A stretch of 60,453 nucleotides of DNA, filler included, from Basidiobolus meristosporus CBS 931.73 (lineage: Eukaryota; Fungi; Basidiobolomycota): NCBI GenBank assembly GCA_002104905.1. It is 3 parts of 3 records of this genome, joined end to end, with 100 filler letters (N's around TTAATTAATTAA, not from the genome) between each part and the next. Parts side by side here need not be neighbours in the genome. Positions count along the whole stretch, not along the records: positions 35,586 to 60,453 come from MCFE01000939.1; 2 more parts are not named here. One strand, 5' to 3'. Within the stretch, counting starts at the first letter, position 1, and every line of letters starts with the position of its first letter. A program made the translations under genes and the position numbers. This document shows, one piece after another, positions 48,010-57,919 of the stretch. The notes under the pieces were generated by a model. That model made no database searches and had not been told where the DNA came from. It saw only the letters and a list, made by a program, of their open reading frames with translations.

Positions 48010-49157
48010 TATCAAAGGCAGAAGAACAAGGGTGCCATGGCTAAAAACCAGCGGCTTCCTCAAGAGTCCATTACAAGCAGGGCCAAAAGCTCCAGACAAG
48101 TGTCAAAGTGACATCAGGCAGCTGGAAGAGTGCCAATTAAGAACAAGCAGGCAGACATGGATACACCAGCACAATATTTATCAAGGAAAAAGCGTAGTAC
48201 AACTCAAGAAGCACCCAGTCAAAGTAGCAGTGAAGGACCTGTCAGTGATAAAAACCAGCCGCTTTTACAGGAGCCCATCACAACTACAGTTGAGAGCTCA
48301 AAACAAGCTGAAAAGAAACATCAGGTTGCCAGAAGAGTTCTAGCAAGGGACAAGCAGGCCGAAACAGATGCATCAGAGCAGAATTTATCCAGGAGAAAAC
48401 GCAGTTCTTTACAAGAAGCACTCAGACAAAGTAGCAGTGAAGGACCTGGCAGTGATAAAGCAAAAGGTAAAGGGAAAAATGTCTACCCAAGCCTGAGACA
48501 GGGAGGCATGCAAAAAAAACTGCAGTTCTCACCAATTAACGCCGCAAGCCAGGAACAGACTGAATCCCATCATAGCCAACAAGAATTACCAACAAGAAAA
48601 CAGCTGTTTTCACAAGAGTTGGAAGTGCAGCCAGTTGAGCTACACTCCAGCAAGGTAGATGAGTTTGCTGAAAAAGGCAATTTGTCTACCACAGCCTCCA
48701 CAGCCTCCTTGCTGACAGAGTGGAGATCCCACTGACAGACAAGGCTACAACATCAAGAGCTTGGAAGACTATCACAATGCCTTCAGTGGAGTTTTGGAAC
48801 ATTAATAGGCACACTAAGAGGTTGCAGCACTTCTTCAAGAGCAGTGCTCAAGAAAATGCACTGGAATATTGCAAGGATTTATTGCAAAGACTGGCTGATG
48901 AGGAGCTAGACCTTGCAGTGCCGGCTGAAGACCAGGACATGTGGGAACCAGTGAATGAACAGTGGCATAAAGCTGTTGGGTTCCCACCAAAGTTGCGGAT
49001 CCAGAGCGTTACAGTAGAAATACGTATTGAGTGGTGGATTTCAATTGAGTTACTTGTTGAGTGTGGGGTTGGGCTTAATGTCAGTGTAGGGTATAGAGAC
49101 TTGTATAGGTCAATACAATTGGCAATTGAGGTACAACTGAAGTTTCAATGGAAATAA
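48010..49157 (+). pseudogene. CACTA ORF-X 3' half
   Basis: YQRQKNKGAMAKNQ onward; 207-bp (69-aa) internal duplication starting at 48043 and 48250. Confidence 0.85.
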
Positions 49158-49488
49158 ATCAATTTGTACGCATGAAAAGTAAGAGAAACAGTTGAGTCAG
49201 GAAGTAAGGATTGTGAAAAAGAGGCAATAGTCAATCAATTCACACAAACGTAGGAGGTAATAGAGTGTCCAGGATCAGAAAGTGAGCAAGTTGGCAGGGA
49301 ACCAATCAAAAGCCACTTATACATTGTTGTGATGAAATATTTTGACAAAGTTTTTTGTGAAATCTGGGGTGCAATTATTTTTCAACAGTCTCTGGATGGT
49401 GTCCTGACAAGATCGGTACCTCTTAGTCACAGGATATTAACTTTGTGACGGCCTTTAGACAGGATCATCTCAATAATTTTTGATAGGG

Positions 49489-50595
49489 CTTTCATTTTGA
49501 AGCACCAGTCTGATGTGTGTCCTTTCCATTTGCAGTAGTTGCAAAACAGGTTGCTGTTGCCTTTGTAGGGTCTTGGGTACCTCCTTTGTTAGTTATCATT
49601 GCTTATTAAAGCATTTTCTTCTTCCTTCTCATTAGCGCTTGATTTTCTTGATTCTTCATCCAGGAGCCTTCCATATACATAATTTGAGGTCAAATCTTCA
49701 GTTCTGGACTCTAGGGCTGATACAAGGCCTTGAAACTTGTCTGTCAGGCTATTCAGGATGGTAACTATCACATCTTCATCAGTAGTTGGTTCACCCACAG
49801 ATTCCATCTCATCTACCAGCAGGGTAATTCTGTTAATTAGATTTTTCATTTCTTCTCCTGGCAGCATCTTTGTAGTAGAGAATTATTGTCTCAGATACAT
49901 TTTCTCAGCAGCTGAACATAAATGGTAGGTGTCTTCTGATGCCTTCCAGGCATTCTTTGCCATTTTTGCTCTTCAGCATTGAATTAGCAATTTGTCCTTG
50001 ACATTAAGGCAAATGCAGTTAAAGGCACTTTGTTCTGTAATCTGGTACTCTAAGGCTTCCTCTCTCATGTTTTTAGGAGGGCATTCTTCTCCCATGACAA
50101 TATCCCAAAGGCCTCTTTCTTGTAGCAACATCTTCATCTTCACCTTCCACACTTGGTAGTTAGATCCATCCAACTTTTCAGCTGAGGGAAAAGTTCCAGT
50201 AATAGCAGTAGTAGACATTGCAGAGAGTGACAGCTAGGAGCTCATAACCTGTTGTAAGAGTCTTGGAGATATTGGAAGTGACTTGTGAGTACAAGTAGAT
50301 TATGTGGTTTTCACTTAATGATCCATTGAATGTAAAAGTAGTATTTATACTTTTACATGGTCTTGGCATTACAAACACATAGAATAGGTTAAAAGGTCCC
50401 AAGAACATGTGTGCAAAGCTTGGGGCTGTTTGGACAGCTTTGAGATTTTCATGTTCTGGGCACCTGGTATTTTGGTGAAAATATTTAAGCAAATCCCAAC
50501 AAGGAATTTGGTCAGTATTCTCTACAGTTTGAAGGTAATGATCTAAGTGACTAAGTTAGGTGAATATTTAGGTGGAATTACAAATTTTTACAACA
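49489..50595 (-). mobile_element. Copia-2 5' end: LTR 50250-50595, PBS 50237-50249, gag pseudogene 50218-49489
   Basis: TGTTG/CAACA LTR, PBS GGTTATGAGCTCC, MSTTAITGTFPSAEKLDGSNYQVWKVKM, GRLLDEESRK. Confidence 0.9.
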
Positions 50596-50598
50596 GCA

Positions 50599-50779
50599 CA
50601 GACCTAGCTAACTAGGAAATACACTTCCACTCAGCTTCTCAACTCTCAGATTTGGCTTTCCAGGAAGATATCTCTCAAACCTAGCATTCTAGGAATAGCT
50701 TCAGATTGACTTGGCTTCTTTGAATACTTGTTATAAGTAAGTAAAGATTTCACCAACTTGGTGACTTCTCCTCTAACCC
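50599..50779 (+). mobile_element. 3' fragment of the tRNA-headed SINE, opposite orientation to the array
   Basis: Reverse complement of the 57920-58100 segment; ends GATTTCACCAACTTGGTGACTTCTCCTCTAACCC. Confidence 0.85.
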
Positions 50780-51190
50780 AAAAGACCTAAGATTTAGATA
50801 TCATAAATATAGGTCTTTAAAATAGCTATAAAATTTTCTTTGACTTTGTAACAAATTCTATTTGGCAATAGTGCTTATTGTCTATATACACAGTATTTTA
50901 GACAGCATCAATAAGCTTTTGTATGTTGAGGATATTTTTCAGTCTGAAAAAAAAACTATTATTGAGCCAGGTACATACTCCTTATATAAGTAATTTTTCT
51001 ACATTTTTAGCTATTTTTATTGACGCTTTATGCACTACAAGATAGGTTACTTCTAGACGCACAGTATACTGAGTCACATGCTTATCAACTACATAATTAA
51101 AAAAAGGTATATTGGCCAATATACTGTTACAATAAGTAATTGAGAATAGGTACTGTCTATATATTCCTGCCATATAGCACTTGCTTCTCC

Positions 51191-52732
51191 TCACGTGTAG
51201 AACTGTTGAAATTCTTTGTCAGCGTCCAAGATGTCCCATAATGGCTTGATGACTGAGAGGTTGACATCAATGGAAGGCGTTGGGGGTACGGGCTTCTCTG
51301 ATGACCAACAGACCTTCCCGTCAGTCGCCAGCAAGAACGCAAGACCATCAAGCAGAGATGTCGGCGTAAAGGGGGGAGACACAAGCGTCGGCAGAATCTG
51401 CTCACTGTTTGCGGCCACATCAAAATAATTCCCAGCGTACATGTTCATCTTGCACCACTGGATGGCGGTAAAACTGCCTTTCCCAAAAAGGAAACCCACC
51501 CTGATACGAGACTTGTCCTCCCTTGCTGCAATCCATTGCGTCGTCATTCGCATTAGTTTGGGGTCAACCTCCCGAATGAGATTATGGATCGACTTCGCGA
51601 CCTCCCACAGTGGACAATCCGCAATGGATGGATGCAAGGAGTTGGTATAAGGAGAATAGATGCAGTTCGGAAAATACTTCGGCGGCAAATTGAGACGGCT
51701 GGAACCTCGCATGTCCATCGAGGTCCAGAATCCGGGAAGCAACTGGGAGTTGGCGGCATTTGACATACATTGTGATTGATGGAACTTGAGTCGTGCTCGA
51801 TAGACTGTTTGACAAAGGTATGCGGCAAGCGCTTCAGTGGTGGAAACCCAGCCTTGACCGGATGGATCGGTTGCTCGCGCTTTGAGGGCAGCGAGGTCAT
51901 GGCCAGAGAAGCGCAGCACTCGCCCGACGATCTCGAAATCCGCCGTTGGAAGCGCATCGTCGAATGCGGTTGATGCGTTCTTGAGTCTCGGGTCGTCGTC
52001 AGTGAAGAACGCGGCGGTCTGGTATTGAAGCGCAGCCTGCCGCTGTTCCGGTGATAACGCTTGTGGACCATGAAGAATCGATCGGATTTCCGGCGGCTGC
52101 GTCAAGGCAGGGTGCGGGCTTGATCCAAGCCCCCGATATAGCTCGGCTAGGTCATTGACGAGATTGAAGAAGCCTTGCGCGTCACAAGCAATGTGATGGA
52201 GGCGTATTCCGAGGGCAACTCCTCCGCAGGCGAACTGTGTATGCTTCACTGAAAAAATAGGGTCGCGGCAGACCCCCTCGGTTGAAGGATCAAAGGGTGC
52301 AAGGAGATCGTTGCCACCACCCGGCATGTCCGTGATGATAAGCCGGCCCGAAGTGCTCTGAGACGCGATTGAGTCGAGTCGTTCAGAACAATGCGCTTCC
52401 AAAAGCTCTGCTCCTGTCCCGAGATTGATGATCTCGGGGGCGTTGGTGTTTGGGTCGAAGTGTAGACGACCCGTCAAGTGCGGGTAGTAATCTAGTAAAC
52501 GACAGAGGGCGCGCCGAAGACGGTCGACCTGAATCATTTCCCCGTCCCTCAAACCGTAAGTTGGCATCTCGTAGACAAATACCACCTGAATAGCCTCGGC
52601 CCGCAACATGATGTGGTCCAAAGGACCGAGTTGAAAGGGCGATTCCAGACCATTCAAGGCGCCTTGATCAGCACATTGTAGCTGATGTCGTGAAGTAACG
52701 GGCGCAAGACCGACTGGAGCATTTACCAACAT
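51191..52732 (-). CDS. CoA-dependent acyltransferase (Transferase/BAHD-TRI101-like, HXXXD), 513 aa, intronless
   Basis: First ATG at 52732; LGPLDH, YYPHLTGRL, HHIACDAQG (HXXXD), DMRG, YFPNC; DFGWG replaced by an NYFD-like segment. Confidence 0.9.
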   Translation of the reverse strand: MLVNAPVGLAPVTSRHQLQCADQGALNGLESPFQLGPLDHIMLRAEAIQVVFVYEMPTYGLRDGEMIQVDRLRRALCRLLDYYPHLTGRLHFDPNTNAPEIINLGTGAELLEAHCSERLDSIASQSTSGRLIITDMPGGGNDLLAPFDPSTEGVCRDPIFSVKHTQFACGGVALGIRLHHIACDAQGFFNLVNDLAELYRGLGSSPHPALTQPPEIRSILHGPQALSPEQRQAALQYQTAAFFTDDDPRLKNASTAFDDALPTADFEIVGRVLRFSGHDLAALKARATDPSGQGWVSTTEALAAYLCQTVYRARLKFHQSQCMSNAANSQLLPGFWTSMDMRGSSRLNLPPKYFPNCIYSPYTNSLHPSIADCPLWEVAKSIHNLIREVDPKLMRMTTQWIAAREDKSRIRVGFLFGKGSFTAIQWCKMNMYAGNYFDVAANSEQILPTLVSPPFTPTSLLDGLAFLLATDGKVCWSSEKPVPPTPSIDVNLSVIKPLWDILDADKEFQQFYT

Positions 52733-53195
52733 AGTGTTTATAAAGCGCGGTATAGTCTGGTAACTAAGATGGAGCTGAACAAGTTGTGTACGCGTCAATT
52801 TTCGAGTTTCGACGTCCTACTATATTCAAGTAGTTGTGGACCTTAGAATAGCATAAAGTGGATACCTCTTCTGATTCAAAATGTTTCATGTTACTAGCAT
52901 GGGGATAAATTTTTGCTAGTAACCACATAATGGTCACGCCTATGATGTAATGTGGGGCTCCCCGTGCGCGTTGGAGGGAACATACAGTACCTTGTCTCAT
53001 TTAGAATGATTCATGTTGTGCCACCTATGCCACAGTCCAGGTTAGGTTAGAGTGTTGCATCCGCCTAGTAGTGTCCAATAAGTGGATTTTGTTTTTCTGG
53101 CAATTAACTCCCTTGAGGCGGTAAATGCCTTACACTGGTAATTGTAAGACATTATGTTCATTTGGTCCATTGATCCAGACTGGGATATTCACACT

Positions 53196-53472
53196 CCCTG
53201 TGGAAAAACTCGAAGTTGGAATTCATCTGATCTTGAGCTGGTCTTTTTGATTTGATTTTTCATTGCAATTTTTGGTCAAAGTAGTGAGCAGCTGATTACC
53301 AAATTTGGTATGAATACTAGTTGGTCTAGCCATCTTCTGGAAAACATGTCTGCTTGTCTGCCCAACAGCTAGTACTTGAGATATTGAGAGTTGTCAGTTT
53401 TGAGAAGCTTGGATTTCAGCTGATATTATGACACCATTCTGCTGGCCTGTTCTTAATTTTGTTCTCTTGGGG
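53196..53472 (-). mobile_element. CACTA-type MITE copy 4
   Basis: Ends CCCTGTGGAAAAA and TTCTCTTGGGG; flanks ACT/ATT. Confidence 0.75.
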
Positions 53473-53526
53473 ATTATGTTCTGCTCAATTCTGCCCCTTT
53501 GAGGTTTTACTGTTTTTGTTGTAATC

Positions 53527-53652
53527 TTAGGGTTAGGGTGAGGGGGGATACAGTTGCCAACAGGTGAAATCTCTATTTCATTTGAAACAAAGAAACCAGT
53601 GCTACTGATGTAGCTATGATACAAGAGTGTGTAGCTGAGGGGAGTTAGTAGG
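53527..53652 (-). mobile_element. 5'-truncated LINE-A-type 3' end joined to TTAGGGTTAGGGTGAGGG
   Basis: Matches 54775-54887. Confidence 0.85.
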
Positions 53653-53715
53653 TAAGGGTTAGGGGAGGGAAAGTCACCAAGGTAGGTGAAATCTTTATCT
53701 GATTTCAGACAAGTC
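53653..53715 (-). mobile_element. 5'-truncated ORF1-only-element-type 3' end joined to TAAGGGTTAGGGG
   Basis: Matches 58449-58503. Confidence 0.85.
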
Positions 53716-54237
53716 TAGGGGGAGGAAAGTCACCAAGTGGTGAAATCTTTATTTACTTATGACAAGTATCTAAAGAAGCCAAGTTAATCTGAAGTAATTC
53801 CTAGAAAGCTAGGTCTGAGAGATATCTTCCTGGTAAGCCAGGTCTGAGAGTTGAGAAGCTGAGTGGTACTGTATTTCCTAGTAAGCTAGGTCTGAGAGAG
53901 GTTTCCTGGAAAGCCAGGCCTGAGAATTGAGAATCTGAGTATATCTGAGGTGAAGTGTACTGATTTGCGGTAGCTGATTTGTGGCCGGAATGGCCAGTAG
54001 ACTGGGGGAACTGAGGGAAATATCTGGGCGATCACTGGCCAAATTTACTAGGCAAATCTGACCAATTAGCATTTCAAGGATTTCAGCCAATCAGAGCCTT
54101 TACTTTGCCCGATGGTTGATCAAGCCATCTCCCAATGAGCACACATCAATTTATTGATCAAATTTTGTTGGATCCAGGATTTGAACCCACAACCATGGGT
54201 ATGGAAGGGTTAGGGATAACCACAAGGCTAAGTGTTC
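53716..54237 (-). mobile_element. tRNA-headed SINE copy S1 (~520 bp)
   Basis: A-box-like TAGCCTTGTGG (54230-54220), B-box GGTTCAAATCC (54187-54177), tRNA-like spacing; 3' tail shared with the LINEs. Confidence 0.8.
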
Positions 54238-54241
54238 TTGG

Positions 54242-54766
54242 TTAGGGGGGGAGGAAAGTCACCAAGTGGTGAAGTCTTTATTTACTTATGACAAGTATCT
54301 AAAGAAGCCAAGTTAATCTGAAGTAATTCCTAGAAAGCTAGGTCTGAGAGATATCTTCCTGGTAAGCCAGGTCTGAGAGTTGAGAAGCTGAGTGGTACTA
54401 TATTTCCTAGTTAGCTAGGTCTGAGAGAGGTTTCCTGGAAAGCCAGGCCTGAGAAGTGAGAATCTGAATATATCTGAGCTAAGTTATATTGGTTTGCGGT
54501 AGCTGGATTGTGGCCGTAAAGGCCAGTAGACTGGGGGAACTGAGATGAATTTCTGGGCAATCACTGGCCAAATTTACTAGGCAAATCTGGCCATTAGCAT
54601 TTCAAGGATTTCAGCCAATCAGAGCCTTTACTTTGCCCGATGGTTGATCAAGCCATCTCCCAATGAGCACACATCAATTTATTAATCAAATTTTTGCTGG
54701 ATCCAGGATTTGAACCCACAACCATGGGTATGGAAGGGTTAGGGATAACCACAAGGCTAAGTGTTC
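54242..54766 (-). mobile_element. tRNA-headed SINE copy S2
   Basis: Near-identical tandem copy of S1. Confidence 0.8.
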
Positions 54767-54832
54767 TTGGTTAGGGGGAGACAGTCACCAACAGGTGAAA
54801 TCTTTATTTCAGTTGAAACAAAGAAGCCAGCG

Positions 54833-57603
54833 CTACTGTTGTAGCTTTGATACAAGAGTGTGTAGCTGAGGGGAATTTGTAGGTAAGTTAATAAGAAGTG
54901 ATGATAGTTCTTCAGTGCTCAAGACACTGTTCAGTGGGAAGGGGGGTAGCAAGAGAGGTAGGAATGACTTGTGAACAACATTAATGAGGGGAATGTGATA
55001 AGGATTGATATTCATCATAAAGGGAGTGTGCTGCTGCAGATATTGCTGCCAAAGGTCTGTCAAGTACTTCAGGTAGGCCAGCTTGGGTTTTTCTGACTGC
55101 AGAATATAGTGAGCAAACTTCTTGACTTCAGGATCTCCAAGTATAGTTCTCCAGCAGGAGCCAGGTGTTGTGTGGTGTGTTCTCTTCCAGGCCTTAATCA
55201 GTGGGTTGTTGCAGTTGTGAAGTCTGAGGTATAATCTGGTTCTAAGGTAGAGAAGTCTGATCTTATAGGGCATAAACCCAAAAGCACCAAGAATAGCATG
55301 TCTGTAGGGGCATTCAGGCAAATGAGGCACCAAGGAGGTAATGCACCATACTGCAAACTTGTCAAGCTTAGTGCAGTCTCTAGAAGTAAGAGAGAGAAGT
55401 GGTAAGCCAAATTCCAGGACAGGGAAGACAAACTGCTTGAGTAGAAGGAGGCAGCTGGGAGCTGAAGTTGTAGGAGGAGTAACAGCCAGTAGCTTGTGGA
55501 GTGCCTGTCTTGCAAGGATAATTCTCTTCTTCAGGTGTGCTCCAGAGTCTAGTCCAGTAGGAAGGAAAGGAAAGCCAAGATATGTAGCAGAAACCTGAGC
55601 AGGTAGAGTGGAGCTCTGCAAGTTGATGGGAGAGCCCAAAGGTACTGTCTTTGCAATGGAAAGCTGGAGATTATTCTTCTGCAGATACTGGTGGATGGTC
55701 TGGGAGTCTTGTTGTACATTGGAGGAGGATATTCTGATGTCATCAGCAAAGAGAGTAACCAGGCAGTCAGCTGAGAGTCTTGGGAAATCATTCAGGAAGA
55801 AGGCAAACAGTATAGGACCAAGCACAGAGCCTTGAACCACTCCATTAGGAACTGAGAACACAGCTGATTGCTCACTTGGGTGCAGAATTCTTGCTTGTGG
55901 ATCCAGAAACAGAGACCTGACAAGGAGGGTGAGAGAGGTAGTGGAGAAGCATTGCAACTTGGACCAAAGCAGATTTCTGTCAACTGAATCAAAGGCCTTA
56001 GTAATATCAAACAGAACAGAGGGATACTTGCACTGGAGAGAGTGATCTTGGCTAAGTATGACTGCATATTCCAAGGAGAGGCCAGGAACAAAGCCAAACT
56101 GTGCAGGATGAAAGCTTGAGGGAGTCAGAGTAGAGCTCCTGAGCAAGCAGAAGCTCAAACACCTTTCTGCAGGTGGGCAGCAGAGATATTGGCCGGTAGG
56201 AGCTAGGATCCAGGTGCTTTCCTTTACCCTTGTACAGTGGCAGAACATTTGCAAAGGACCATTCCTCAGGAGTAGAAAGCTGGGCTGAGCATTGCTGAAA
56301 GCAGTGGAAGCAGAAGTGCAGACATGGCCTTGGTACTAGTCTTCAGAAGCTCATAGGAGATTGTGTCCACACCTGGAGCAGTAGAGTTGGGAAGCCTCTT
56401 GAGCACATTATGGATTCTCCTTTGATCAAGTGCAAGTGGGATGGGCAGAGTCTTGAAGTCAGGATGAAAGCCAGGAGTTGAGTACTGCTTTGTAGAGAAG
56501 AAGATGTTAGCCAGCTGTTCTGTTGAAGGTAACTTCCTGGAAGAGGGCCTCATTGCCCTGTAGAGTCTTGATACTGTTCTTGTTATAGAGTTGGAAGATT
56601 GCAGAGGCAAAGAACTCATAATATGATCCCAGAGCTGAGTATGCAGAGTGTGGTGAATTGCCTTGGAGTGGTGTATTGCTGTCAGGAGGAGTTTCTCTGT
56701 TTTTGGGTTAGGGAAACTCAGGTAGCTTTGTTGCAGGGCTGAAACAATGGATTCCCATTTTCTTGAGGTAACAGCAGTAGTCTTGCATGGCAGTGAGAGG
56801 GAGGCAGACACCAGAATCAGATGCTTCACAAAGAGCCAGGCATAGTTGAGATCATCTGGCAGAGAAAGTAGCAAACTGGCAAGCTTCAAGTAGTTCCCAA
56901 AGTCTTTCTTCTGATTCTTGGTAGCTTTGTGGGTGAGCACAGTAAGTTTTGGCAGCTTCTTCTTCACAACTGGTTGCATAGAAAGGGACCAGGCTGGGTG
57001 GTCAGAGGCTCTCAAGGATCCTAGCTCAGCTCCAGAGAATTGCTTAACTTCATTCACAAAGTAGAGGGCAGCAGCAGAAGGGCAGATCCAGTCAACACAT
57101 CTTTTCTCAGATTGAGCACCTAGTGCTAGCAGGTGGCTTTCTCTCAGGAAGTTCAGTAGGAATGTAGACCTTGGCTTCATTCTTGCAGTCAGAGTAGTCT
57201 TGTTCTCAGGATGGGGAATGTTGAGATCTCCAAGCAAGATAACAGGTGTTGATATAGATTGTTGGTATTGCTGAACCTTCTGGCATATAACTTGCACTTC
57301 CTGAAGGGCAAGACTTGGAGGCAGATAGCAGAGCACCAGACTGATAGTTGGCAACTGGAGAGCAGCACAGTAAGGGGAGTAAAGAGGAACACAGAGCTGA
57401 GGAGTATTGATGGTAGAAGAGATGAAGCAGATAGAGGAGGTATTCTTTGTTCTAGGAGTAGAAAAGCAATATAGATTAGTCAAAAGTATAGAGGGTAGCT
57501 GGACATCAATCAAACACAGGAGGGAAAATCTTGAAAGAAGTCTCTCTAGAGTTGGTCTTGATGGCTGTATGCTGTTGCAGTTAAGCAACAGAACTTCAGG
57601 TAG
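54833..57603 (-). pseudogene. LINE-A ORF2: apurinic-type endonuclease plus RT, two frameshifts (~56270, ~56105)
   Basis: LNCN, CYLPP, LLGDLN, VDWI, SDH; PEEW..V.PLYKGKG...YRPISL, DITKAFDSV, QGSVLGPILF, LFADD, YLGFP. Confidence 0.92.
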
Positions 57604-57919
57604 TCAGGCAGAGGTTGTAGCTTCTTCAGAGGCAGCATTGATAATGTGACCTGCAGAGTCCCAGAGCTCTTCAAATGGTGCATCACTTAAGTCAGCAAGG
57701 AGGGAAATGGCATGATTCTTGAGGAAGTATGCCACATCATAGGAGGGGGCTTGTCTCTTGATGGCAGCAAAGAAAGACAGAATGGCAACATGGCTGGAGG
57801 CTTGTTGAACAGTAGAGAGTCAGAGGATTCAGATTCTTCAGGCACTATCTTGAAGTCAGTTTCAGCAGTTAAGGTTCTTCTCCACAAAGGCAACAAATGG
57901 GTCAGCAATGTTTTAGGTC
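57604..57919 (-). pseudogene. LINE-A ORF1 C-terminal remnant
   Basis: APSYDVAYFLKNHAIS...EELWDSA...EEATTSA* aligns by eye with SPAVTHFLKDYYIS...SVLWDTA of ORF 58574. Confidence 0.65.

Larger units (their letters stand above)
44688..49488. mobile_element. CACTA composite with both termini; centre (5' ends of both ORFs) deleted
   Basis: CCCTATGAGAAATAAT at 44688 and ATAATTTTTGATAGGG ending 49488; fusion junction at ~48010; flanks ATG/CTT do not form a TSD. Confidence 0.88.
54771..57919 (-). mobile_element. LINE-A: APE-RT non-LTR retrotransposon, 5'-truncated within ORF1
   Basis: ORF1 tail, APE, RT, ~60-bp 3' UTR ending in a C-tract plus TAACC; no poly(A). Confidence 0.92.

Noticed and set aside
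53800-53920. CRISPR-like repeat-spacer array
   Set aside because: Only four short hairpin units inside a eukaryotic retroelement; no unique spacers and no cas genes.
54206-54216. Telomerase RNA (CCCUAACCCU template-like stretch in a structured RNA)
   Set aside because: Multi-copy, carries a LINE tail, the motif sits inside a tRNA-like arm, and no pseudoknot or other telomerase-RNA domain was recognised. Kept only as a telomere-seed observation.
54170-54237. Functional tRNA gene
   Set aside because: Acceptor and anticodon stems do not pair well, and the motif is embedded in a repeated 520-bp unit; treated as a SINE head.
53716-54766. Tandem ~525-bp units as Penelope pseudo-LTRs with hammerhead ribozymes
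   Set aside because: The associated ORF2 is APE plus LINE-type RT, not PLE RT or GIY-YIG, and I found no CUGAnGA...GAAA hammerhead core (the closest is CUGAUUG).
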